Assembly: GCA_009694965.1 (NCBI GenBank)
Contig: SIBV01000001.1
Coordinates: 1-63,755, forward strand
Origin: Candidatus Zambryskiibacteriota bacterium
Lineage (GTDB): Bacteria > Patescibacteriota > Minisyncoccia > Phycocordibacterales > DATDWN01
DNA: 63,755 bases
Reading direction: 5' to 3'
Part shown: piece by piece, positions 1-8,156 of the stretch
Position numbering within the stretch: the first letter of the stretch is position 1
Layout of the letters: the number at the start of each line of letters is the position of its first letter
Program-made: the position numbers and the translations under genes
The notes under the pieces: model-generated
What the model saw: the letters and a program-made list of their open reading frames with translations, nothing else
Database searches by the model: none
Told to the model about the DNA's origin: nothing

Positions 1-161
1 ATAAAATGGGATTTAACATTGACTTAAATACTGTCCCTGATACGGGAGTGGAATGTAAACAACATGGCAAAATGGAACGCTACAATGTCTTGGTGGAAGA
101 TAATGTTTGTCCAGTGTGCGAAAAAAATACTCTTGCTATATTGTCTGTTAGAGTTAATTAA
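1..161 (+). CDS. partial or short ORF with zinc-ribbon-like C-terminus (CxxH...CPxC)
   Basis: Frame open from window edge (possible ATG at 6) to TAA 159-161; translation ...GVECKQHGKMERYNVLVEDNVCPVCEKNTLAILSVRVN; too short for the ORF track. Confidence 0.3.
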   Translation, partial: KMGFNIDLNTVPDTGVECKQHGKMERYNVLVEDNVCPVCEKNTLAILSVRVN

Positions 162-307
162 AAATCAGTAAAGCAATCTAGAAAAACTGAGAAAACGGTC
201 TGGTATTCTAAAATCAAGGGAGCAAAGTGTGTGTGCGAAAGAAGGATGGGTTAAGACTATTTGTATTTTTCAATGAACTTGTGCTACAGTATATTCACAA
301 CTAAATA

Positions 308-420
308 GTTGTATCGAGAGTATGGCGAGAGCAACTGGCTCAAGGACCCATCAGCAACCCTCAGAAATGAGAAGGTGCCAAATCCAGCCAAATAGCGAAA
401 GCTAAATGGAAAGATAAGAC
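308..420 (+). promoter_or_regulatory. SAM-I (S-box) riboswitch aptamer
   Basis: S-box conserved blocks in canonical order: TATCGAGAG / GGCGAGAG / ACTGGCTCAAGGACCCATCAGCAACC / GGTGCCAAATCCAGC / GAAAGATAAGAC; P1 pairs 308-315 with 413-420. Confidence 0.8.
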
Positions 421-457
421 TAGTCATCTATCTTTCCTCATTACAAGAGGAATTTTT
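408..457 (+). terminator. riboswitch expression platform: antiterminator versus intrinsic terminator
   Basis: GGAAAGATA (408-416, 3' strand of P1) can pair with TATCTTTCC (429-437), which overlaps terminator stem TTCCTC (434-439)/GAGGAA (447-452) followed by TTTTT (453-457). Confidence 0.75.
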
Positions 458-468
458 AATAGAAAAAT

Positions 469-705
469 ATGAAAGAAGAAATAACATATCCATGTGTTTA
501 TGCTATATGTGCTGGCATGCCTTGTGGACCAATACTAATACCTGAAGAACACAAGGTATCAGATGAAGCAGTTAATAAATATGTGCTTATGCTAATGAAA
601 ATGTATATTAAAAGCAGAGCTGTAATACGCTGGGATGAAAAAGGAATCAAAAAAGCAACAGAGTTTTGGAGAGATATAAACGGGGGGCCTTGTTATCAAA
701 AATAA
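469..705 (+). CDS. hypothetical 78-aa protein with CX4CX4C plus C-terminal Cys, downstream of the SAM-I riboswitch
   Basis: ORF track; first ORF after the riboswitch terminator; Cys at 9, 14, 19, 75; no domain I recognise. Confidence 0.5.
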   Translation: MKEEITYPCVYAICAGMPCGPILIPEEHKVSDEAVNKYVLMLMKMYIKSRAVIRWDEKGIKKATEFWRDINGGPCYQK

Positions 706-767
706 TTTGAAATAATATGAAAAAATAATTATACAATTCACAGAAAATTGTGTAGAGTAGTTATGTT

Positions 768-1868
768 ATGTCATCTTTAAGTATAGGAATTGTGGGGCTT
801 CCTAATGTCGGGAAATCGACGCTTTTTAATGCGCTGACAAAAAAGTCAGTGCCAGCGGAGAATTATCCTTTTTGTACTATTGATCCGTCTGTTGGAATCG
901 TGCCTGTACCAGACGAGAGACTGTGGAAACTTTCGGAATTCTCTAAGTCTGCAAAGACTATTCCGGCGGTCGTAGAGTTTGTGGATATTGCTGGGCTTGT
1001 AAAAGGGGCCGCAGATGGAGAAGGCTTGGGAAACAAATTCCTATCTAATATTCGTGAAGTTGATGCGATTGTGCAAGTTGTGAGAATTTTTGAAGACGAT
1101 AAGATTATCCACGTGCACGGCGGAATCAATCCAGTCTCAGATATTGAAGTTATTAATTATGAACTTATTCTAGTTGATGAAGAAACAGTTACAAAAAGAA
1201 TTTCAAATTTACAAAAAGATGTGAAGGCTCTGAAGAAGGAGGCGATTTTCGAACATGAGACTTTACAAAAAGTAGATGCACATTTGAAAAATGGAAAACT
1301 TGTAAATAGTATGGATTTAGACGAAAAGGAAAAGGTGGTTGTAAAGATGCTTACGCTCCTTACATTCAAACCGATTATGTATGCATTGAATAAAAAAGCT
1401 GGAGGAACGAACCTTGATGAATTAGGAGACGCCCGATACCAGAAACTAATTTCTTTTTTTGAGGAGAGTCACAGTCAATGGGTAACAATTGACGCTAATA
1501 TAGAAAATGAACTAAAGGATCTAGAAGGAGATGAAAAAGAAATGTTCCGAACTGAACTAGGAGGAAAGGATGACGGAATCAATACTTTGATAAAAGGTGG
1601 ATATAAACTTTTGGATTTGATTACATATTTTACAACAGGCGAAGACGAAACTAGAGCTTGGACTGTACTACGAGACTCAACAGCTCCTGTTGCTGGACAA
1701 GCTATTCACACAGATTTCAAAGACAAGTTTATTCGCGCTGAAGTTGTAGCAACCACTGACCTTTTAGAAGCTGGTTCATATGGCGCTGCTAGAGAAAAGG
1801 GAAAGGTCAGAACTGAAGGGAAGGAATATATCGTTCAAGACGGCGATGTTATAGAGTTTAGAATTTAA
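768..1868 (+). CDS. ychF: ribosome-binding ATPase YchF
   Basis: N-terminal P-loop GIVGLPNVGKSTLFNALT, coiled insertion, C-terminal TGS-like end ...EYIVQDGDVIEFRI; typical YchF/OLA1 length. Confidence 0.93.
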   Translation: MSSLSIGIVGLPNVGKSTLFNALTKKSVPAENYPFCTIDPSVGIVPVPDERLWKLSEFSKSAKTIPAVVEFVDIAGLVKGAADGEGLGNKFLSNIREVDAIVQVVRIFEDDKIIHVHGGINPVSDIEVINYELILVDEETVTKRISNLQKDVKALKKEAIFEHETLQKVDAHLKNGKLVNSMDLDEKEKVVVKMLTLLTFKPIMYALNKKAGGTNLDELGDARYQKLISFFEESHSQWVTIDANIENELKDLEGDEKEMFRTELGGKDDGINTLIKGGYKLLDLITYFTTGEDETRAWTVLRDSTAPVAGQAIHTDFKDKFIRAEVVATTDLLEAGSYGAAREKGKVRTEGKEYIVQDGDVIEFRI

Positions 1869-1885
1869 AATTTCAGATACGAATA

Positions 1886-1910
1886 ATCGGCGGGTCTCCA
1901 CGCCGCCGAT
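1886..1910. terminator. GC-rich hairpin between convergent genes
   Basis: ATCGGCGG (1886-1893) pairs with CCGCCGAT (1903-1910); lies between ychF stop and the stop of the minus-strand ORF. Confidence 0.5.
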
Positions 1911-1919
1911 ATCAATATT

Positions 1920-2546
1920 CTATTTCAGTTGAACTGTGCGCATGTTGATTTCCATCACGAACTCAACACACCTGGCATCGTCTCCGCATCTCTTTAGGAC
2001 TTCGTTTACCTCTTTAAGACCCGGTGACATTTTGTGGCCAGTTTGGAGCAGTGGCCTCACCGCGCCTATTATCCACCTGTGCCAGGTTCTAACCTCCTCG
2101 TTTACTCGTTGATTTGGTGTTGCCTTGCGGCCTAGCCGAATCGTCTCGTAGGCTTCAAAGTGGATGGCTTCATGTGTCATTGCCAGGGCGTAATGCGTCT
2201 TCAACTCCTTGGTAGTTAATGTCGCACTGCTTACCCTTATTGACTCCAGCGATACAACAATTCTTTTCTTGCCATCCACAGTAATGTCGGAGGCCATAAT
2301 TGTTGATGCTGAGGCATTACTGAATCGCTCAGCATGGATAATTATTAAGCGCCCCGCAAAGCTTTCAACCCTAATCCACTCCAGTTTTTCTTGGACGAGA
2401 GTGGGGTAATAAGCGTTTTCACTTCCGTGCGAGAAGGCCTCCACATGGAGACGTCGGTAGATTTGCTCTCCCGGCAGTTGGCGTACCTGCCCTCCTACTA
2501 CTTGGCAGAAGCAGAGAGTCACAAGTGCAATTAAGATAGTTTTCAT
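1920..2546 (-). CDS. secreted hypothetical protein with HExxH motif (putative zinc metallopeptidase-like), G+C-richer orphan
   Basis: N-terminal signal-like MKTILIALVTLCFCQVVGG; motif AMTHEAIHFEAYE; GAGG Shine-Dalgarno about 7 nt upstream of ATG; composition visibly richer in G+C than flanks. Confidence 0.6.
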   Translation of the reverse strand: MKTILIALVTLCFCQVVGGQVRQLPGEQIYRRLHVEAFSHGSENAYYPTLVQEKLEWIRVESFAGRLIIIHAERFSNASASTIMASDITVDGKKRIVVSLESIRVSSATLTTKELKTHYALAMTHEAIHFEAYETIRLGRKATPNQRVNEEVRTWHRWIIGAVRPLLQTGHKMSPGLKEVNEVLKRCGDDARCVEFVMEINMRTVQLK

Positions 2547-2667
2547 CCACGCCTCTGAGTTGGGGAAAGAAGTTTCCGCTAATTACAATAGAGTAAATAA
2601 CTGTATTTGTCAAAGTTGACCAAGCTACACATAAAGATTTTATTTTAATGATATTATTAAATAGGAC

Positions 2668-3525
2668 ATGAAGAAATTTATTTTTTTAATTCTAACTTTA
2701 CTCTTCACCTTCTCAGAGCCTGCTCTGGTGCACTCTGCTACACCATCAATTTCCTTCATTCCAGAGTTTCCACTTCAAGGTGAACCAGTTATGATAGTGA
2801 ATGAAAATGTAAAGCTTGCAGATATTGCTAGCACCACAATTTCCGGAAAACTGTTGAAGTTATTTGTATACAATGATAAACCCACGGCTTTTTATGGAGT
2901 TGATATAAATAAAAAATCGGGTGATTATGAAATAAAAGTTATATTAAAGAACGGAACTAGTTTTTCTAAAAATCTAGTTATTAAAGAGCGCAAAAAAATA
3001 GAGGAAGTGTTTAGTATTCCAAAAAAGCTCGGAGGAGATACTGTCGCTGGTCAAAAAAGTCTAGTGACGTCCCTTGCCAAGGAAAATGCTGTGTTAAATA
3101 AAATTCCAACGAGTCAAAAAATATTTTGGAAAGAGAAATTTATTTTTCCTTTGGAAAATCCGATAGTTACCGACGACTTTGGATACTCTAGAAAAACTGG
3201 TGGCTACACACTGATACACAAAGGAACAGATTTTCGTGCGAAAACTGGAACAAAAATTTCGGCAATGAACGATGGAGTTGTTAGTGTTGCAAACGTTGCT
3301 AGAAATTACGGAAAGCACATAGTTATTGATCACGGGCTTGGTGTTATGACTTTTTATCTACATCTTTCAAAAATAAATGTAAAAGTGGGGGATTCAATTA
3401 CAAAAGGCCAAGTTATTGGTCTTTCGGGAGAAACTGGATACGCAGCAGCTCCTCACCTCCACCTTTCTGTTAGAATTTATAATGTTTCAATTGATCCTGT
3501 GAAGTTTATGGAATTTTTTAAATAG
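2668..3525 (+). CDS. M23 family metallopeptidase (LytM-like), secreted
   Basis: Signal peptide MKKFIFLILTLLFTF; HKGTDFRA (HxxxD) and APHLHLSV (HxH) M23 motifs. Confidence 0.85.
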   Translation: MKKFIFLILTLLFTFSEPALVHSATPSISFIPEFPLQGEPVMIVNENVKLADIASTTISGKLLKLFVYNDKPTAFYGVDINKKSGDYEIKVILKNGTSFSKNLVIKERKKIEEVFSIPKKLGGDTVAGQKSLVTSLAKENAVLNKIPTSQKIFWKEKFIFPLENPIVTDDFGYSRKTGGYTLIHKGTDFRAKTGTKISAMNDGVVSVANVARNYGKHIVIDHGLGVMTFYLHLSKINVKVGDSITKGQVIGLSGETGYAAAPHLHLSVRIYNVSIDPVKFMEFFK

Positions 3526-3548
3526 TATGATACAATTATTAAATTCAT

Positions 3549-3950
3549 ATGAAAAAAGGATACAAAGATAATATTGAAAAACTTACAAAAGAGAATACAA
3601 ACTTTAGAAAAGTTCTGTATACAGGTGAGGAGAGTCAGCTTGTGCTGATGAGTCTTTTTCCAGGACAAGACATTGGATTTGAAGTTCACAATGAGAATGA
3701 CCAGTTTTTCCGGTTTGAGGATGGGACGGGAAAAGTTGTCATAAATGGCTCAGAATATGAGGTTTCTGACGGAGATGCTGTTGTAGTTCCAAAAGGGGCG
3801 ACACATAACGTTATAAATACTAGTGTTAATACTTCACTAAAGCTCTATACTATATATAGCCCAGCTCATCACAAGGATGGAGTGGTTCGAAGCACAAAGG
3901 AGGAGGCCATAGAAAACGAAGAGGAGTTTGATGGTGTTACTACTGAATAA
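3549..3950 (+). CDS. cupin domain protein
   Basis: GFEVHNENDQFFRFEDGTGKVVINGSEYEVSDGDAVVVPKGATHNVIN resembles the two cupin motifs. Confidence 0.7.
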   Translation: MKKGYKDNIEKLTKENTNFRKVLYTGEESQLVLMSLFPGQDIGFEVHNENDQFFRFEDGTGKVVINGSEYEVSDGDAVVVPKGATHNVINTSVNTSLKLYTIYSPAHHKDGVVRSTKEEAIENEEEFDGVTTE

Positions 3951-3970
3951 ATTATTATTAAATCAAAACC

Positions 3971-4903
3971 ATGGAACCAAAAAAATTTAATTCTAAAGAT
4001 TTTTTTCTGAATTTAGGGGCAATTGTGGCCTTATATGCTGTGGTTGTAAGTTTGGTAAATCTACTTTTTACAATTATCAATTATTCATATCCAAAAGTGG
4101 TTGAAGGTTACAACTATTATTACAGTGCCTCACCATCAATTTCTTGGCCAGTGGCATCTCTAATTGTAGTTTTTCCTATTCTTATTCTACTTATGTGGGT
4201 ATTAGAGAGGGAATACAAAAGTAATCCAAAAGATAGGAATACAGGAATTCATAAGGCATTAACTTTTGTCACCCTTTTTATTGCAGGACTAGTCATCGCA
4301 GGGGATTTGGTAACAGTTTTGTATTACTTCTTGGACGGACAAGAACTTACAGTAGGCTTTCTTCTGAAAGTTCTCGTGCTACTTGTAGTTTCAGGAGCAT
4401 TGTTTGTGTATTACCTGTCAGATATCAGAGGAACTTTGACCTCAAAATCGAGAAAAGTTTGGAGAGTTGTAACTGGAGTTGTTATCTTAGGCTCTATTGT
4501 TTGGGGATTTTCTGTTCTCGGTTCACCAGCTACCCAAAGACTATATAAGTATGATAACCAAAAGATTAGTAATCTTCAGGAAATAAATAATTACATCCAG
4601 AATTTTTACTCTCAAAATGGAAAGCTTCCTGAAAATCTAACTGAGGCTGGGTCACTCGATTACATGCCGAATGTGATTGACCAACAAACCAAAAAACCAT
4701 ACGAGTATGTTAGAAAAGATGCGCTAAACTACAGTTTATGTGCGGAATTCAATAAGGCGAGTGATTCAAGGATGGATAAACTTGGTTCTACAGCAGTAAT
4801 GTATCCGTATGGAGGACCTGGAATTTTTGGAGCTCATCCGGCTGGAAGGTATTGCTTTGAACAAAAAATAAATCCTAACATGTTCGCTAAACCACTAAGA
4901 TAA
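3971..4903 (+). CDS. multi-pass membrane protein (DUF5671-like) with C-terminal pilin-like globular region
   Basis: About 5 hydrophobic helices followed by ...QRLYKYDNQKISNLQEINNYIQNFYSQNGKLPENL...YSLCAEF, a pattern common in type IV pilin-like proteins. Confidence 0.6.
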   Translation: MEPKKFNSKDFFLNLGAIVALYAVVVSLVNLLFTIINYSYPKVVEGYNYYYSASPSISWPVASLIVVFPILILLMWVLEREYKSNPKDRNTGIHKALTFVTLFIAGLVIAGDLVTVLYYFLDGQELTVGFLLKVLVLLVVSGALFVYYLSDIRGTLTSKSRKVWRVVTGVVILGSIVWGFSVLGSPATQRLYKYDNQKISNLQEINNYIQNFYSQNGKLPENLTEAGSLDYMPNVIDQQTKKPYEYVRKDALNYSLCAEFNKASDSRMDKLGSTAVMYPYGGPGIFGAHPAGRYCFEQKINPNMFAKPLR

Positions 4904-4964
4904 TTATAACTCTTTTTTAACATAATTTTTATAAATATTAACTACATAGGGTTACCCTATGTAA

Positions 4965-5015
4965 GCAAAATCCCCAAGGTCCGACCTCGGGGATTTTGCT
5001 TGAAGTGGTTTTTTT
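4965..5015 (+). terminator. long hairpin terminator
   Basis: GCAAAATCCCC (4965-4975) pairs with GGGGATTTTGC (4989-4999); T-run at 5009-5015. Confidence 0.6.
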
Positions 5016-5030
5016 AGGTAAAATGAGGAA

Positions 5031-8000
5031 ATGAAAGAATATGATCATTTATCTATCGAGAAGAAGTGGCAGAAAGAGTGGGAGAAGAAGAAGGTCTACA
5101 AAACGCTAAATACGTCAAAGAAAAAGAAATACTATGTATTGGATATGTTTCCTTATCCTAGCGGTGTGGGACTTCATGTAGGTCATCCAAAGGGTTATAT
5201 AGGATCGGATGTGTTCGCTCGCTTCAAGCGGATGCAGGGATTTAACGTGTTACACCCTATGGGATATGATGCTTTCGGTTTGCCTGCCGAGCAATACGCA
5301 CTCGAGCACCATATACATCCGAGAAAGGCTGTTTTGGAAAATGTGAAGGCGTTTGAGGCTCAATTAAATAAAATTGGTTTTTCGTATGATTGGGAAAGAA
5401 GGGTCAATACTACTGATCCAGAATTTTATAGATGGACACAATGGATTTTTCTTAAAATTTATAATTCTTGGTATAACCAAAAGACTAACAAGGCCGAACC
5501 TATAGAAAAACTAATAAAAATCTTTGAAAAATCTGGGAATGTTGGAGTAAACGCTGCAGGAACTTTTACATCAGAGTTTGTAGCTAAAGAATGGAATGAA
5601 AAAATAGAAAAAGAAAAACAAGATATTCTAATGAATTATCGTTTGGCGTATGAGGGCTACAGTGAGGTGAATTGGTCGCCTGTTTTAGGAACAGTTTTAG
5701 CTAATGACGAAGTGGTAGATGGTCCAACTGGTCCTGTCTCAGAGAGAGGCGGCTATCCAGTCGTAAAAAAAGAGATGAGACAATGGTTCTTGCGTATCAC
5801 AGCATATGCAGATAGATTAGCTAAGGGATTGGATACTCTCAATTGGTCAGACCACATCAAAGAAATTCAAAAAAACTGGATAGGGAAGTCTGTTGGAGCT
5901 GAAATTGATTTTAAAATCAAAGATGGTCAAAACATCAGGATTTTTACCACCAGACCAGATACTATTTTCGGTGTGACTTATTTAGTTTTGGCACCAGAAC
6001 ATCCAGCATTACTGAATTTAAAATCAAAAATTAGGAATTGGGATGCTGTTTCTAGTTACATCAACAAGACAAAATTAATAACTCCAGAAGAAAGAATGGA
6101 TTCAAAAGAAAAAACTGGTGTTATTCTCCGTGGCATCGTTGCTATAAATCCTGCAAATGGTGAAGAAATTCCAGTGTGGATTGCAGATTATGTATTAGTT
6201 AATTATGGCACCGGAGCGATCATGGCAGTACCCGCACATGATGAAAGGGATTTGGAGTTTGCTCAGAAATATATTTTACCTTTTAATGAAGTGATTATCG
6301 AAGTTTTTGGTGATATTTTAAAAGAACCAATACGTAGAGATGTTGTTAAGGCAATTATCGTGAGAAATAATAAAGTTTTATTGGTTAAAGAAAATAATGA
6401 ACAGTATTCATTACCTGGTGGTTCTTATGAGTTAGGTGAAAGTGATTTAAGTGCTCTTTCGAGAGAAATAAGAGAGGAAACTGAATATAAGAATTTTAAA
6501 ATAAAGGATTATCTTGGAAGTGTAGAAAGATTTTATAGGAAGGATATGAAAAATAATACTGGAGAGAATAGAGTTCGAAGGATTGCAGGATATCTTGTTG
6601 AAATAACCAACGAGGAGAAAGAAAAAATTCAACATGATGGTTGGATAACAGAAACTAAGTGGTTTGATATGAAAGAAGCGATTGAAGTTCTTAAAAAGAC
6701 TGATTATAATGCTGAAGCGCTTTTTATAAAAAAAATATTGGAAAATAATCATTGTTTTGTTAGTGAGGGCATTCTGGTTAATTCTGGGAAGTTCAACGGT
6801 TTTTCTTCAGAGGAAGCAAAAATTAAAATCACAAAAGAAGTGGGAGGTAAAATTGTGACAAAATATAAAATACGGGACGCAATTTTTGCACGCCAGAGAT
6901 ATTGGGGTGAACCTATCCCTCTTGTTCACACCAAGGACGGAATAATTAAGCCACTTGGAGATAAATCTCTCCCATTAAAACTTCCAGATGTGAAGTCTTA
7001 TGAACCCACTGGGACTGGGGACTCACCGCTGGCTGGTGTTAAAGAGTGGATGAAAAAAGGTTTAGAGACAAACACTATGCCTGGTTGGGCTGGATCTTCA
7101 TGGTATTACCTTGCGTACATGACGCAAGGAATTTCCAATTTCCAATTTCCAATTTTCAAAAATAATACTAAAGCCAAAAGAACCAAAGAAGCTATTCAAT
7201 ATTGGAAAAATGTAGACATGTACGTGGGTGGGCAGGAGCATGCCACAGGACATTTACTTTATTCTCGTTTTTGGCACAAAGTTTTAAAGGACTACAATTT
7301 GGTACCGACAGAAGAACCATTTCAGACTTTACGAAACCAAGGAATGATTCTCGGGGAGGATAATCGTAAAATGGGTAAGAGGTGGGGCAATGGAGTAAAC
7401 CCTGACGATGTTGTGAAATACTATGGTGCAGACACACTCCGTGTTTATGAAATGTTTATGGGACCTTTCGAAAGCTCACTACCTTGGAGCACAGATAATA
7501 TAATAGGCTCTAGGCGTTTCCTAGATAAAGTTTGGAGACTTCAAGAAAAAGTTGTTACTAAAAAAATGTCAAGGACAGTCCTTGACATTAGTACTAATAC
7601 TAAATTGGAGGCATTACTTCACAAAACTATCAAAAAAGTAGGAGATGATATAAATAACTTTGCATTTAACACGGCTGTGTCCTCAATGATGATTCTTGCA
7701 AATGAAATGGAGAAGCAGGAGGAGATAAAACAAGCACATTTTGAGATGTTTCTGAAAGTCCTCAACCCTTTTGCGCCCCACATGACCGAAGAGATTTGGA
7801 AGTTTTTGGGAAATAAGACATTGCTTGTAAATGAGAAATGGCCAAAAGCAGATCCAAAAAAGATGTTGGAATTAGAAGTGAAAATTGTAATACAAGTAAA
7901 TGGAAAGGTTCGAGCAGATTGTATGATAATTCTAAATACGCTAGAAAATGATGTAATTGAAATGGTTAAAACATTACCAGATGTAGAGAAATGGTTACTA

Positions 8001-8063
8001 GGTAAAGAAATAAAAAAAGTTATATATATTCCAAATAGATTAGTAAACTTGGTGATTTTTTGA
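5031..8063 (+). CDS. leuS: leucine--tRNA ligase with an inserted Nudix domain
   Basis: HVGHPKGY (HIGH), CP1 editing domain (TTRPDTIFGVTY), AHDERDLEFAQKY, RQRYWGEPIP, KMGKR (KMSKS-like); 1010 aa, longer than usual bacterial LeuRS. Confidence 0.95.
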   Translation: MKEYDHLSIEKKWQKEWEKKKVYKTLNTSKKKKYYVLDMFPYPSGVGLHVGHPKGYIGSDVFARFKRMQGFNVLHPMGYDAFGLPAEQYALEHHIHPRKAVLENVKAFEAQLNKIGFSYDWERRVNTTDPEFYRWTQWIFLKIYNSWYNQKTNKAEPIEKLIKIFEKSGNVGVNAAGTFTSEFVAKEWNEKIEKEKQDILMNYRLAYEGYSEVNWSPVLGTVLANDEVVDGPTGPVSERGGYPVVKKEMRQWFLRITAYADRLAKGLDTLNWSDHIKEIQKNWIGKSVGAEIDFKIKDGQNIRIFTTRPDTIFGVTYLVLAPEHPALLNLKSKIRNWDAVSSYINKTKLITPEERMDSKEKTGVILRGIVAINPANGEEIPVWIADYVLVNYGTGAIMAVPAHDERDLEFAQKYILPFNEVIIEVFGDILKEPIRRDVVKAIIVRNNKVLLVKENNEQYSLPGGSYELGESDLSALSREIREETEYKNFKIKDYLGSVERFYRKDMKNNTGENRVRRIAGYLVEITNEEKEKIQHDGWITETKWFDMKEAIEVLKKTDYNAEALFIKKILENNHCFVSEGILVNSGKFNGFSSEEAKIKITKEVGGKIVTKYKIRDAIFARQRYWGEPIPLVHTKDGIIKPLGDKSLPLKLPDVKSYEPTGTGDSPLAGVKEWMKKGLETNTMPGWAGSSWYYLAYMTQGISNFQFPIFKNNTKAKRTKEAIQYWKNVDMYVGGQEHATGHLLYSRFWHKVLKDYNLVPTEEPFQTLRNQGMILGEDNRKMGKRWGNGVNPDDVVKYYGADTLRVYEMFMGPFESSLPWSTDNIIGSRRFLDKVWRLQEKVVTKKMSRTVLDISTNTKLEALLHKTIKKVGDDINNFAFNTAVSSMMILANEMEKQEEIKQAHFEMFLKVLNPFAPHMTEEIWKFLGNKTLLVNEKWPKADPKKMLELEVKIVIQVNGKVRADCMIILNTLENDVIEMVKTLPDVEKWLLGKEIKKVIYIPNRLVNLVIF
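6330..6749 (+). other. in-frame Nudix hydrolase domain inserted in LeuRS (about aa 434-573)
   Basis: Nudix box GSYELGESDLSALSREIREETEY (nt 6420-6488) fits Gx5Ex7REUxEExGU except the final G; lies between AHDERDLEFAQKYILP and GILVNSGKFNGF, which are about 20 aa apart in E. coli LeuRS. Confidence 0.8.
7131..7158 (+). repeat. tandem heptamer repeat inside leuS coding sequence
   Basis: ATTTCCA x3 plus ATTTTCA, encoding ISNFQFPIF in a loop that is longer than in E. coli LeuRS. Confidence 0.8.
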
Positions 8064-8156
8064 CAATTTGGTCAAGACTTGACTATTGAGAACTATAATG
8101 ATAAAAATAACTTACATTAGACGTTAGATATTAATAATATTTTACTAACAATAGCT

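Noticed and set aside
6330-6749. Intein or mobile intervening sequence as the explanation for the LeuRS insertion
   Set aside because: There is no Cys/Ser at the N-terminal junction, no C-terminal His-Asn followed by Cys/Ser/Thr (the sequence is ...ENNHCF), and no endonuclease motifs. The segment carries a Nudix box instead.
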